From an uncultured Candidatus Saccharibacteria bacterium (lineage in GTDB: Bacteria; Patescibacteriota; Minisyncoccia; Phycocordibacterales; CAIZLB01): a DNA stretch of 64,000 nucleotides. A model generated the notes under the pieces. It saw nothing but the letters and a program-made list of their open reading frames with translations, made no database searches and was not told the origin of the DNA. A program made the position numbers and the translations under genes. The DNA lies in the NCBI GenBank assembly GCA_964467385.1, contig CAYXQC010000002.1, forward strand, positions 65,625-129,624, read 5' to 3'. Positions within the stretch are counted from its first letter, which is position 1. Each line of letters begins with the position of its first letter. This document shows, piece after piece, positions 1 through 9,179 of the stretch.

Positions 1-1
1 A

Positions 2-1657
2 GATTACACAAAAGCCCTCAAGGAACAGGTTGTATTTCAACCACGATCAGTTGGTGGAATTAAAGCTCCACATTTTGTGATGTATGTAAAAGATTATTTA
101 GAAAAAAAATATGGCGATTCTCTCCTTGAAACTGGCGGTTTTAAAGTAATCACAACCCTTGATTGGGACTTACAACAAAAAGCTGAGTCTATTGTTGGAA
201 AATACGTTAAAACAAACGAAACAAAGTTTAAAGCATCAAATGCCGCACTTACAGCAATAGACCCGCGAAATGGCCAAATTTTAGTAATGGTAGGCTCACG
301 AGATTACTTTGACAAAGACATTGATGGTAATTTCAACGTAGCGCTTGCACACAGACAACCAGGTTCAGCATTTAAACCTTTTGTATATGCAACTGCCTTT
401 AACAAAGGTGTGACACCTAGTACCCCTGTATATGACGTTCCAACACAATTCAACGCTTCATGTGACGCAAACAATAACCCTGTATTTCCAAATGCAAAAT
501 GCTACAACCCTCAAAACTATGAAGGTGGTTTCAAAGGTCTTATGAGTGTACGAACAGCCCTAGCGGAATCACGAAACGTTCCAGCGGTACGAATGCTTTA
601 CATTGCAGGTATAACAGATTCAATTAAAACTGCTACAGACATGGGTGTACAAAACCTTGCAGGTGCTGATCAATACGGACTTTCACTTGCTCTTGGGGGT
701 GGCGAAGTTTCCCTTCTTGATATGACTGCCGCGTATGGGGTTTTTGCAAATGGTGGAGAAAAGGCTAAAGTTAGCCCTATTTTGGAAATTATTTCAAATA
801 CAGACGATGAACAAATTGAAGAATTTTCAACCTCAACAAAGCAGGTTATTCCAAAACAAACGGCACTTCTTATGAACGATGTATTAGGTGACCCATACGC
901 TCGAGCTGCTATTTTTGGATCACGATACTTCGGTGATAGACAAGTTGCAGTTAAGACCGGTACTACAAACAATTCACGTGACGCTTGGGAAATTGGATAC
1001 ACACCTAGTATTTCAATGGGTGCTTGGATGGGTAACAACGACAATACTCCAATGGTTCAACAAGCCTCAGCTCGAATTATTGGACCAATGTGGAAAGAAT
1101 TTATGGATTATGTATTATCTCGTGTTCCAGATGAGAATTTCGAAGAACCAGAACCTATTGCAAGTAGCACAAAACCATTCCTTCTTGGTTCATGGAGAGG
1201 GCCTGGGTATGAAGTACACTCTGAACTCTATTGGATCAATAAAAATGACGTAACAGGTGAAGCCCCTGGATACAACTCAAAAGACTCTTTGTTTAATTTA
1301 TTTGAAATCGGTGTACAAAACTGGGCAACAGGCCAAGGCGCTTCACTTATCGGAGTAACACCACCTAACACAAACAGTACACCAGTAGGGTTCACAATCT
1401 CATCACCAACCGCTGGTAGTTCAGTTAGAACAGATGAACGTGTAACCATATCTGTAGCAGGTTTCAGTGACCAGACAAACCAAGTTGAATATTATATTAA
1501 CAACACCCTTATAGGAAAATCCCTTGAATCACCTTTTAGTTTCTCATTTATACCATCAACTATCCCAAATATTGAACCTGAAAATGAGATTAAGGCTGTT
1601 GCAACAGACAGATTAGGTAAATACCAAGAAGCTAAAGGTATTTTCACTATTAAATAA
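2..1657 (+). CDS. Class A penicillin-binding protein: transpeptidase domain plus C-terminal beta-rich extension. 5' end lies outside the window
   Basis: The reading frame is open from position 2 with no stop before the ORF-track Met at 77. SxxK (SAFK), SxN (SRN) and KTG(T) (KTGTTNN) motifs occur in the canonical order. The C-terminal ~130 aa are Ser/Thr-rich, as in an Ig-like domain. Confidence 0.8.
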   Translation, partial: DYTKALKEQVVFQPRSVGGIKAPHFVMYVKDYLEKKYGDSLLETGGFKVITTLDWDLQQKAESIVGKYVKTNETKFKASNAALTAIDPRNGQILVMVGSRDYFDKDIDGNFNVALAHRQPGSAFKPFVYATAFNKGVTPSTPVYDVPTQFNASCDANNNPVFPNAKCYNPQNYEGGFKGLMSVRTALAESRNVPAVRMLYIAGITDSIKTATDMGVQNLAGADQYGLSLALGGGEVSLLDMTAAYGVFANGGEKAKVSPILEIISNTDDEQIEEFSTSTKQVIPKQTALLMNDVLGDPYARAAIFGSRYFGDRQVAVKTGTTNNSRDAWEIGYTPSISMGAWMGNNDNTPMVQQASARIIGPMWKEFMDYVLSRVPDENFEEPEPIASSTKPFLLGSWRGPGYEVHSELYWINKNDVTGEAPGYNSKDSLFNLFEIGVQNWATGQGASLIGVTPPNTNSTPVGFTISSPTAGSSVRTDERVTISVAGFSDQTNQVEYYINNTLIGKSLESPFSFSFIPSTIPNIEPENEIKAVATDRLGKYQEAKGIFTIK

Positions 1658-1940
1658 ACATAATATCTTTATAAATAAGGTCTTTTTGAGTTTCTTTGTT
1701 TTTAATATTCAAAAATTCAATCAAATCTGCCTTTTTACTAAAAATAAGGTTTTTAAGGACGGGGTGAGCTTTAATTTGAAGGTTGTTTCCTTTAATTTCT
1801 ATGTTTTGATCGGTAAAATCTAACTTTTCAAAGTGAATAGTAGTGAAAAATTCCTGTAAGTAGCCTAAAATAAGGACTTTTTCCTTTTTAGGGTCTGGTA
1901 TTATCTTAAATTTAGCTAAAAAATCGGCTATATTCTTCAT
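1650..1940 (-). CDS. Small protein, possibly DciA-like (DUF721) replication accessory protein
   Basis: 96 aa encoded directly downstream of dnaN. The C-terminal pattern HFEKLDF...HPVLKNLIFSKKADLIEFLN resembles the DUF721 core. A TTATCCACAGT DnaA box lies in its upstream spacer at 2018..2028. Confidence 0.35.
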   Translation of the reverse strand: MKNIADFLAKFKIIPDPKKEKVLILGYLQEFFTTIHFEKLDFTDQNIEIKGNNLQIKAHPVLKNLIFSKKADLIEFLNIKNKETQKDLIYKDIMFI

Positions 1941-2035
1941 GTTTATACCTTAGTGATTAAATTCATTATTCACATAGCCAGTAGTACTGCTGTATGGTTG
2001 TGCACTTTTACACATATTTATCCACAGTTTAAATC

Positions 2036-3142
2036 TTACCTATTCATAGGCATCACTAGATAAGTAAAACTCTCATCTCCTACGGGTTTAATCACAAGTG
2101 GTCGTCCAGGACCTGCAAATTGAAAATTAAGACTATCTGAATTCATTGAAACTAAACTATCGTTAATGTACCTATAATTGAAGTTAATATCGATATCTTT
2201 TCCTTCAAGAACAGCTGTTACATCAGTAGCAATTTCACCCACTTCGTTGTTTTTGGTGGTAATTTGAAGTTTTTTAGCAAGAATATCTACTAAAAACTTC
2301 ACATGAAAGAACGCATCACTAAAGATGGTGCTTAATTTAATTGCATTTGTAAGATCTTGCTTAAGAACAGTAATATTTGTAATAAACTCTTTAGGAATAA
2401 TCGCCTTATAATCAGGAAAGTTCCCTTCAATAGTCCGAGAAACCATATAAATACCTTGTAAAATAAGAGCTATTTGATTCTCATCAATCAAAATCTCAAT
2501 TTCACCCTCGGTATCATCAAAAATTCGTATAACCTCACTTGCATTCTTAAAAGGGATGAGAATATGCTTAAAATCAGGCAGATCTTTAGCTTTAATTTTC
2601 TTTTCTGCAAGACGAAAACCATCGGTTGCAACAAATACAAGATTGTTTTCAAAAGGATAAACACGAACACTTGAAAGCTCTGGTTTAATACTAGAAGTTG
2701 CAGAGCTATACCAAACAGCCTTTAGACCAGAAATAAACGCCCTAGCATCAATTTTTAAGCTTTTAGAGCTATCCGTATCAACTTTTGGAATACTCGGATA
2801 ATCATCTACAGGAAAGGATTTAACAACTGTGCTGTTTTTAGAGGTTTTTACATAAAGATTAGACTCTTTAACCTCAAGGCTTACTGATTTTTCATTTGAA
2901 AGTTGAGAAAGGAAGCTTGCAAGGATGTTCCCTGGTACAGCAACAGAACCCTCTTCTTGAACATCTACTGGAATCTTAATCTCAAGTCCGATATCTAGGT
3001 TTGTCGATCGAATAAAAAGACTACCATCCTTTGCTTCTAATAAGACACACTTAAGGACAGGTAAGGTAGCATTCTTACTTGTGACTTTTTCTGCTTTCTG
3101 TACGGCGTTTACTAGTTTTTCTCTAATTGCTGTTATCCTCAT
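2036..3142 (-). CDS. dnaN: DNA polymerase III beta subunit (sliding clamp)
   Basis: 368 aa with an MRITAIREKL...LPVLKCVLLEA N-terminus typical of the beta clamp. It lies immediately downstream of dnaA. Confidence 0.9.
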   Translation of the reverse strand: MRITAIREKLVNAVQKAEKVTSKNATLPVLKCVLLEAKDGSLFIRSTNLDIGLEIKIPVDVQEEGSVAVPGNILASFLSQLSNEKSVSLEVKESNLYVKTSKNSTVVKSFPVDDYPSIPKVDTDSSKSLKIDARAFISGLKAVWYSSATSSIKPELSSVRVYPFENNLVFVATDGFRLAEKKIKAKDLPDFKHILIPFKNASEVIRIFDDTEGEIEILIDENQIALILQGIYMVSRTIEGNFPDYKAIIPKEFITNITVLKQDLTNAIKLSTIFSDAFFHVKFLVDILAKKLQITTKNNEVGEIATDVTAVLEGKDIDINFNYRYINDSLVSMNSDSLNFQFAGPGRPLVIKPVGDESFTYLVMPMNR

Positions 3143-3457
3143 GTTTCTTTTATTTTATATTATTAAATACAGTTATTATTATTAGTACGGTGGAAAAGTG
3201 TATAACTCTTTAAACTGGCTTAAAATCAAATCGTAATCCGGCTAGCGGGTGTGGATTTAAGGTGGAATTTAAAAGAATAACTTTGTGGATATTCAGATTG
3301 TACACAAAAGAGGTGAATTTATCCTCAAATTATTCTAAAGAAATCCCCGACTTATCCCCAACTGACATAAGGATTTATACACAGTATCCACAGGGTTATC
3401 CACATATGTAGATAAGTCCTTTATGGGTATATAGATGTCTTATATCTTCCCAATGAT
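3143..3457. promoter_or_regulatory. oriC: Probable chromosomal origin (oriC): DnaA-box cluster plus an AT-rich unwinding element in the dnaN-dnaA spacer
   Basis: 9-mers matching TTATCCACA, or within one mismatch, occur at ~3250 (rc), 3284..3292 (rc), 3384..3392 and 3396..3404. Weaker TTATCCTCA and TTATCCCCA copies are also present. A 45-bp stretch at 3143..3190 is >85% AT. The classic dnaA-dnaN context supports the call. Confidence 0.65.
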
Positions 3458-4792
3458 CTAAATCAATGTCCTTATCTGATTAAGCTCGTTAATAAGGTTA
3501 GGGTCTGACTTTAATTCATTTTTAATCTTATCGCACGAGTGCATGACAGTGGTATGATCTCGGTTTCCTAGTTTTTGTCCTATAGATGGAAATGAGATAT
3601 TGTAATCCTCTCTTAGGATGTACATAGTGAGTTGGCGTGGTTTAACCACCTCCTGTCTTCGGGTCTTGTTGTAGATACTTTCCTCTTCTATGTTGTAGAA
3701 AGCTGAAACTGCTTTTACTACATCTTTTACAGAGATGGTTTTTTGAGGTTTTGTTGAGTCTTTTGTTTGTTGTTTTACCTCGTTGAGGGTTAAATCTCGG
3801 CCTTTTAGTTGGCTCTGGCAAATAATACCATTCAAAGTACCTTCAAGTTCCCGAATACTACCGTGTACTACTGAGGCGATGTAAAAAGCCACCTCTGGTT
3901 GAAGGTTGAAATTGTTCTGTTGTGCCTTTGTCTGAAGGATTGCAATCTTTGACTCGGTATCGAGAGGTGAAATGTCGATAATCATACCCGCGAGGAATCG
4001 TGATTTTAGGCGATCCTCGAGGTTTTGGAGGTAGTTCGGGTGAACATCTGATGAAAAGACAATCTGCTTGTTGCTATCATACATGTAGTTGAAAAGGTGG
4101 AAGAGTTCCTCTTGGGTTTTCTCTTTATCGGACATGAACTGAATATCGTCGATAATAAGGACATCGTATTTTCGGTACTTTTCCTTAAAGTTGTTTACTT
4201 TATTGGTCTGAACAGCGTTCACATAATCAACTGTAAAACGTTCTGAAGTCACATAGTGAATACGTTTCTCTTTGTGATGAGTCTTAATACTATTCCCTAT
4301 TGCCTGCATGAGGTGAGTTTTACCTAAACCAGTGTTTCCATAGAAGAAAAGGGGGTTATAGGCAACTGGCTTTTTGATAATCGCCTGTGAAGCAGCGTAG
4401 GCAAGCTCGTTAAAAGGGCCAACAACAAAGGTTTCGAAGGTGTATCGAGGGTTAAGGTTGTCTTCTGGGTTAATATAGAGCGAATTGAGAGGAAGCTCTT
4501 TGGTAGAAGTTTGGATTTCTGTAATATGTTCTTCCTTCTTTTTGTGTGTAGGTGCAATAATATATTCGATAGCGCGAATGCTCTCTACAGTGGCTCTAAG
4601 GTACTCCAAAATCTGCTTGTGAAATCGTTTTACGATCCAGTCTTTTACAAAAGTGTTAGGCATAGCGAGATATACTGTGCCTGAATCTATTTTTGAGATG
4701 TAGATATCCTTAAACCAAGTGGAAAAATTAGCCTTAGTAACTTGTAGTTCTATCTTTACTAAAACTGAATCCCATAAGGTTTTGCTATCCAT
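3458..4792 (-). CDS. dnaA: Chromosomal replication initiator DnaA
   Basis: AAA+ Walker A GNTGLGKTHL, Walker B LIIDDIQF, and a C-terminal DNA-binding helix (GQKLGNRDHTTVMHSCDKI). Confidence 0.95.
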   Translation of the reverse strand: MDSKTLWDSVLVKIELQVTKANFSTWFKDIYISKIDSGTVYLAMPNTFVKDWIVKRFHKQILEYLRATVESIRAIEYIIAPTHKKKEEHITEIQTSTKELPLNSLYINPEDNLNPRYTFETFVVGPFNELAYAASQAIIKKPVAYNPLFFYGNTGLGKTHLMQAIGNSIKTHHKEKRIHYVTSERFTVDYVNAVQTNKVNNFKEKYRKYDVLIIDDIQFMSDKEKTQEELFHLFNYMYDSNKQIVFSSDVHPNYLQNLEDRLKSRFLAGMIIDISPLDTESKIAILQTKAQQNNFNLQPEVAFYIASVVHGSIRELEGTLNGIICQSQLKGRDLTLNEVKQQTKDSTKPQKTISVKDVVKAVSAFYNIEEESIYNKTRRQEVVKPRQLTMYILREDYNISFPSIGQKLGNRDHTTVMHSCDKIKNELKSDPNLINELNQIRTLI

Positions 4793-4865
4793 GGTGCAAA
4801 CATTATAGCCCTTCGTTTTTTAAATAGAACTTGAAAAAAGTTCAGAAATGATATACAGTTGTCTC

Positions 4866-5012
4866 ATGTCACGAACATATCAACCTAAAAAGAGAAAGAG
4901 AGCAAAGACTCATGGATTCCTTGTTCGTTCTAAGACTCACGGCGGCCGACGGACTTTACAGGCTCGACGAAGAAAAGGACGAGCTAAGCTAACTGTAAAG
5001 AAGGCTAAATAA
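4866..5012 (+). CDS. rpmH: 50S ribosomal protein L34
   Basis: Hand-translated 48-aa [51 protein letters not shown]. It is below the ORF-track size cutoff and sits in the classic position upstream of rnpA. Confidence 0.85.
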   Translation: MSRTYQPKKRKRAKTHGFLVRSKTHGGRRTLQARRRKGRAKLTVKKAK

Positions 5013-5032
5013 TCTGTTTCTTTTGATTAATT

Positions 5033-5389
5033 ATGAATAGCAAAGAAATTAGCACACTAATTTCACAAGGAAGAGCTTACAATTCAAGCTCTTTTTTGTT
5101 GCGCGTTATGAAAAGTAGTGATGTTGTTAGGTATTTTGGTGAAAAAACAACACAGAACAAAAAAACCAGAGCAGTCTCTTATATAGTATCCAAGAAAATA
5201 TTTAAAACAGCTATTACTCGAAATAAAGCAAAAAGAAGACTTCGAAATGCATTTATGCAGGCTTGTTCTGTGATTGGTGATAATTTTAAAGGATGGAATA
5301 TGGCTTTTAGTGCTAAAAAAGATGTGAATAGTGTGGAATTTTCAGATCTTCTTAATGAAATGAAAGCAACACTTGTGAAGGTGGTCTAA
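5033..5389 (+). CDS. rnpA: Ribonuclease P protein component
   Basis: 118 aa, basic, with RnpA-like motif TRNKAKRRLRNAF, in the rpmH-rnpA-yidC synteny. Confidence 0.7.
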   Translation: MNSKEISTLISQGRAYNSSSFLLRVMKSSDVVRYFGEKTTQNKKTRAVSYIVSKKIFKTAITRNKAKRRLRNAFMQACSVIGDNFKGWNMAFSAKKDVNSVEFSDLLNEMKATLVKVV

Positions 5390-5416
5390 AAAAACCCTTG
5401 ATGGTACTATACAGAA

Positions 5417-6139
5417 ATGTTTCATACACTTTTTTACGATCCAATTTACAACCTGCTTGTTTATGTGATTGATCTTATTCCTGGTGGAGACGTTGGTCTT
5501 GCTACTATTATAGTTACTTGTGTTGTGAAGATTATACTCTTCCCTCTCTCAAAGAAGGCTACCAAGACACAGCTTAAGATGAAACAACTCGAACCCGAGC
5601 TTGCAAAGATTAAAGAACAATATGGAAGTAACCGAGAAGAGTTTGGACGAAAGACACTTGAGTTTTATAGAAAGAATGAACTCAATCCTTTTGCAAGTTT
5701 CTTTCTGATTCTTATTCAGTTGCCAATCATTATTGCACTTGCCTATATTTTTATTAGTGGAGGACTCCCTCTTATTAAAACAGAACTCCTTTACTCGTTT
5801 ATAACTGTTCCGTCTACTGTTTCAACTCTCTTTTTTGGATTAGTTGATGTAAGTAAAACAAGCCTAATTCTTAGTATTCTTGCAGGACTCGCACAGTTTG
5901 TGCAGATTCGATACTCAGTGCCTGCGTATACACCCCCGGCTGAAGGTTCTAAAAATAAAAGCACACTTGGTGATGATTTTGCGCGAAGTATGAATGTGCA
6001 AATGCGGTATGTGATGCCTATCTTTATGTTTGTAGTGTGTCTCACAGTATCAGGTGCGGTTGCGCTTTACTGGATTACTGGAAGTTTGTTTGCTATTGGG
6101 CAGGAGTTGTATTTCAGGAATACAATAAAGAAAGCTTAG
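5417..6139 (+). CDS. yidC: Membrane protein insertase YidC/Oxa1 (short form)
   Basis: 240 aa with multiple TM segments and the conserved YidC core (KKATKTQLKMKQLEPELAKIKEQYG, NPFASFF). Synteny with rnpA supports the call. Confidence 0.85.
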   Translation: MFHTLFYDPIYNLLVYVIDLIPGGDVGLATIIVTCVVKIILFPLSKKATKTQLKMKQLEPELAKIKEQYGSNREEFGRKTLEFYRKNELNPFASFFLILIQLPIIIALAYIFISGGLPLIKTELLYSFITVPSTVSTLFFGLVDVSKTSLILSILAGLAQFVQIRYSVPAYTPPAEGSKNKSTLGDDFARSMNVQMRYVMPIFMFVVCLTVSGAVALYWITGSLFAIGQELYFRNTIKKA

Positions 6140-6167
6140 TAAATCCTTTTCTTCGTTTTGAAGTTCT

Positions 6168-7643
6168 TTATCTAGTGGTAGAACTTGCTACAGAAGATGA
6201 AGCGCGGTTCAAAGTATCAAGCGGGTTTGTCGTGTCTAAAATAACAGGTTCAACAAGTTGAAGTCCCCAGAGTGTGAGGTCAATTTTGTTTGTGAATACA
6301 AGGTAGTCATCAGTTGGGCTAATACTCAAGTTCGTCGCATCGATTACTTGGCCGCTCTCTTTTTGGATAGACATAACAAGTCGAGTTTCACCTGTGTCTA
6401 GATTGATTTTCCAAACTGAATCTGCAAAGTTGATCTGGCCCTGATACCAAATGTCGGGATATGTTCCGAATGCAATGTTGTCAGGAAGCGCACAGTAGAG
6501 TGTGTTTTTTTCTTGCTTTGCCCAAACACATTTTTCAGGAAGTGTTTTGAATGGGAATGTGAAAACTGATCGGCTTTTTGTATCAAGTAGATAAAGTCCA
6601 ATGCTACCCTGTTCACTTTTACTGAATACTACTTTTGTAGTGTCTGGAGAAGTGAGTGTTGTAAGACCGTAAATATTTCCAAGTACTCTTATGACTTCTT
6701 GTGTTGTTGGATTGAGATTGTACAAAAATCCGGGAGCAAAACCTGATGCTTTTGTAGTGAGTGTAATTGTTTTTGCGCTTGGCCATGAAGAAATCCATTC
6801 GCGATATGGTGTGTCGTAAATTCCTACAATAGATCCGCCATCAACTTTTGAAAGAAGACCTCTTGTACCGGTGTTTGAAATTGAAAAGAGTTGTGTTTTG
6901 TCTGGGGAGACAGAAACGCTTGTAAGATCGATTGGTAAATCTTTAAGGTCCAGTGAAGTACTTAACCCTTCAGATGCTTCAGTTGTTGTTGATTTTATAA
7001 TAGAAGCATATCGAGTACTTATCATATCAGAATCCCCTACTAAACCACGTAAAATAAGGTCATTTCCTTGGTTTACAAAAAGTGCCTCATAGATTTTTGG
7101 TTCAGTTTGGTTTGATATTTTTTCTTTGGCCAGTGTATTTGTAGCTGTATCAAAGATGTGGCCAGTACCACGTTCGATGTATCGGATTACTTGTCTATAA
7201 CCAATAATTTTTGGTTTTTTTGTAGGTGCTGTGTTCTTTTTTACAGTTCCATTTGATGTACTTGCAGTAAGGTTTATTGATGAATCTGCAGGCTCTACGT
7301 TTTTTACAACCGGAATTACTTCGTATACAGGGATGGTAATAAAGTCAGATCCAGCTGTTGGAGACTCACTAATCAGTCTAAGTTTTGGAATTTGTGGAGT
7401 TGTTGTAGCTGTTTTTGTTGGTAAATTTAGATCACCATCTGTGCTATTTTGTGAACTTGTGTTCGTGTCGATATCAGGATTGTATCCGCCGAAATTTGTT
7501 CGATTTTTTGCAACGTTTGTAGTTGGAGTGGATGTCTTGTTTTTTGTGTAAAAATAAAAGCCAACAAGTCCACCTATAACAATACTTGTTATTAGAATGA
7601 TAATGATGGCAATTATTCGGTTTCTCGAAGAAGAGTCTCGCAT
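6168..7643 (-). CDS. Membrane-anchored TolB/PD40-like beta-propeller protein (last gene of the T4SS-like operon)
   Basis: An N-terminal TM helix is followed by a Thr-rich linker and repeated SPD(K/T/D)-hydrophobic PD40-like blades (VSVSPDKTQLF, LTSPDTTKVVF, LSISPTDDYLVF). Confidence 0.45.
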   Translation of the reverse strand: MRDSSSRNRIIAIIIILITSIVIGGLVGFYFYTKNKTSTPTTNVAKNRTNFGGYNPDIDTNTSSQNSTDGDLNLPTKTATTTPQIPKLRLISESPTAGSDFITIPVYEVIPVVKNVEPADSSINLTASTSNGTVKKNTAPTKKPKIIGYRQVIRYIERGTGHIFDTATNTLAKEKISNQTEPKIYEALFVNQGNDLILRGLVGDSDMISTRYASIIKSTTTEASEGLSTSLDLKDLPIDLTSVSVSPDKTQLFSISNTGTRGLLSKVDGGSIVGIYDTPYREWISSWPSAKTITLTTKASGFAPGFLYNLNPTTQEVIRVLGNIYGLTTLTSPDTTKVVFSKSEQGSIGLYLLDTKSRSVFTFPFKTLPEKCVWAKQEKNTLYCALPDNIAFGTYPDIWYQGQINFADSVWKINLDTGETRLVMSIQKESGQVIDATNLSISPTDDYLVFTNKIDLTLWGLQLVEPVILDTTNPLDTLNRASSSVASSTTR

Positions 7644-7685
7644 ATGGAGTTTATATGCGTATAGTATAGCAGAAAAAAGTTTTAA

Positions 7686-9155
7686 TTAACGAATGGTTGA
7701 CCAATATGCCGCTAGCCCTTTCCATGTATTACCAACTTTACAGCTAATACATTTATCTTTTAGTAGTTGTCGTTCCATAATTTTGATTCCAACTTCAATA
7801 TTTTTGTATGGATCTTTCAGATCGTTTTCGGAATATCCTCGAGCACGTGCTTCTGCATCCACTTGTGAAAGCTGTAAAAGACCTACGGAGTTGTAGTTAA
7901 GTGGTGCAGGTTCACGAAAAACAAGTCCAGGTTTGAAGTTCGATTCTTTTTTAATAATTCCACCAATAATATTTAACCATCCTCGGAGTGAAACTTGTCC
8001 ATTTGGAAAAAATCTTGCAGCATCGCTTGGTACAATTGAAAGAATTCGAGTCCTGTTTATTTGGTCTGCAGCATACTGCTCCCAGCTTATGTTTGATATA
8101 CCTATTGGTGAGAATGATCCACCTCCTACTATACCCCCGTTAGAATAACCAGGGATACCGTTTGTTGCTCCATTTATAAGATCTTGCGTGTAAGGGTATT
8201 GTTCTGATGGTGTGGGTGTACCCCCTGAAAATTCCACGTCTACTTTTTCAATAGTGCTGTCATATTTTACAGTGTCGATAGCTAGATCACTTCGAAGGAG
8301 GTTCGGATTTACTTGTTGAAGAATAAGATAAGAACCAAGAACAATAAGAAGTCCTTCAATTGCACCCACGATTCTTTTTCTCCCTTCGCTACTTTTACTC
8401 CACGAGTCTGTAGAAACGTACTGGAGACCTCCAACTACTATCATGATTAAAGCGAGTCCTGTTGCGATAGCGATACCTATCTTATAAAGTGTTTGTAGGT
8501 ATCCACTGAGTCCCCCTCCTTTGACATCCACTTCTCCATTCGGAAAAAAAGTTCCGATTGGTGCAAGAAGTTTATATGTACCACCTGCGCCAGGGCTGAA
8601 AGTGATACCTCTTTGGTTTGCACCTACACTATCTGTGAATACTCCTGTTTTTGCTTGCTGTGCTACCTCATCGTGTCCACTAGCAAATACTGCATTGTTT
8701 TCTGCCTGTTTTGTGTCACCTACTGCTGCGTAAGCCTTTGATAGGCTATCTTTGTATTTTGCATCCGCATCCATTAGTTTCCCTAGTCTTTCATTTGTTG
8801 TCCCTTTAAAGCCGAAAACATTACTGATTGTTTCTCCAAATCCGACGCTACTATTCTGTTGTTTTACAAGTGCCCTATCTACACCAGCCTTTAGGACAGC
8901 TTCTTTTTGAGTCTGTGCAACTTCAGTGCTCATACCATTTTTGATTGCAGAATCATATACATTCTGCCCATCACGCGCAGCTTGGCTCATATCACCTGCT
9001 GCTTCAGCGTTAGGTGAAGCATGAGACCTTTGAAAAAAGTCTATTCCAGCATCATAGCTCTCGGCGAAAACTAGACCAAGGGTACTTATTGAGAAAAAAG
9101 AAAACCCAAACAAAAGGTAGATAATTAAAACCGCACTCAAACACTTTTTGAACAT
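7686..9155 (-). CDS. Secreted/membrane-anchored cell-wall hydrolase with a C-terminal lytic transglycosylase (SLT) domain. VirB1/PrgK-like
   Basis: A signal peptide is followed by an internal TM helix (IGIAIATGLALIMIVVGGL). The C-terminus carries ES...GLLQLS...Y SLT-like motifs (KKESNFKPG, VGLLQLSQVD). Confidence 0.55.
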   Translation of the reverse strand: MFKKCLSAVLIIYLLFGFSFFSISTLGLVFAESYDAGIDFFQRSHASPNAEAAGDMSQAARDGQNVYDSAIKNGMSTEVAQTQKEAVLKAGVDRALVKQQNSSVGFGETISNVFGFKGTTNERLGKLMDADAKYKDSLSKAYAAVGDTKQAENNAVFASGHDEVAQQAKTGVFTDSVGANQRGITFSPGAGGTYKLLAPIGTFFPNGEVDVKGGGLSGYLQTLYKIGIAIATGLALIMIVVGGLQYVSTDSWSKSSEGRKRIVGAIEGLLIVLGSYLILQQVNPNLLRSDLAIDTVKYDSTIEKVDVEFSGGTPTPSEQYPYTQDLINGATNGIPGYSNGGIVGGGSFSPIGISNISWEQYAADQINRTRILSIVPSDAARFFPNGQVSLRGWLNIIGGIIKKESNFKPGLVFREPAPLNYNSVGLLQLSQVDAEARARGYSENDLKDPYKNIEVGIKIMERQLLKDKCISCKVGNTWKGLAAYWSTIR

Positions 9156-9179
9156 ACGCTAATTATACACGAATTTTTA

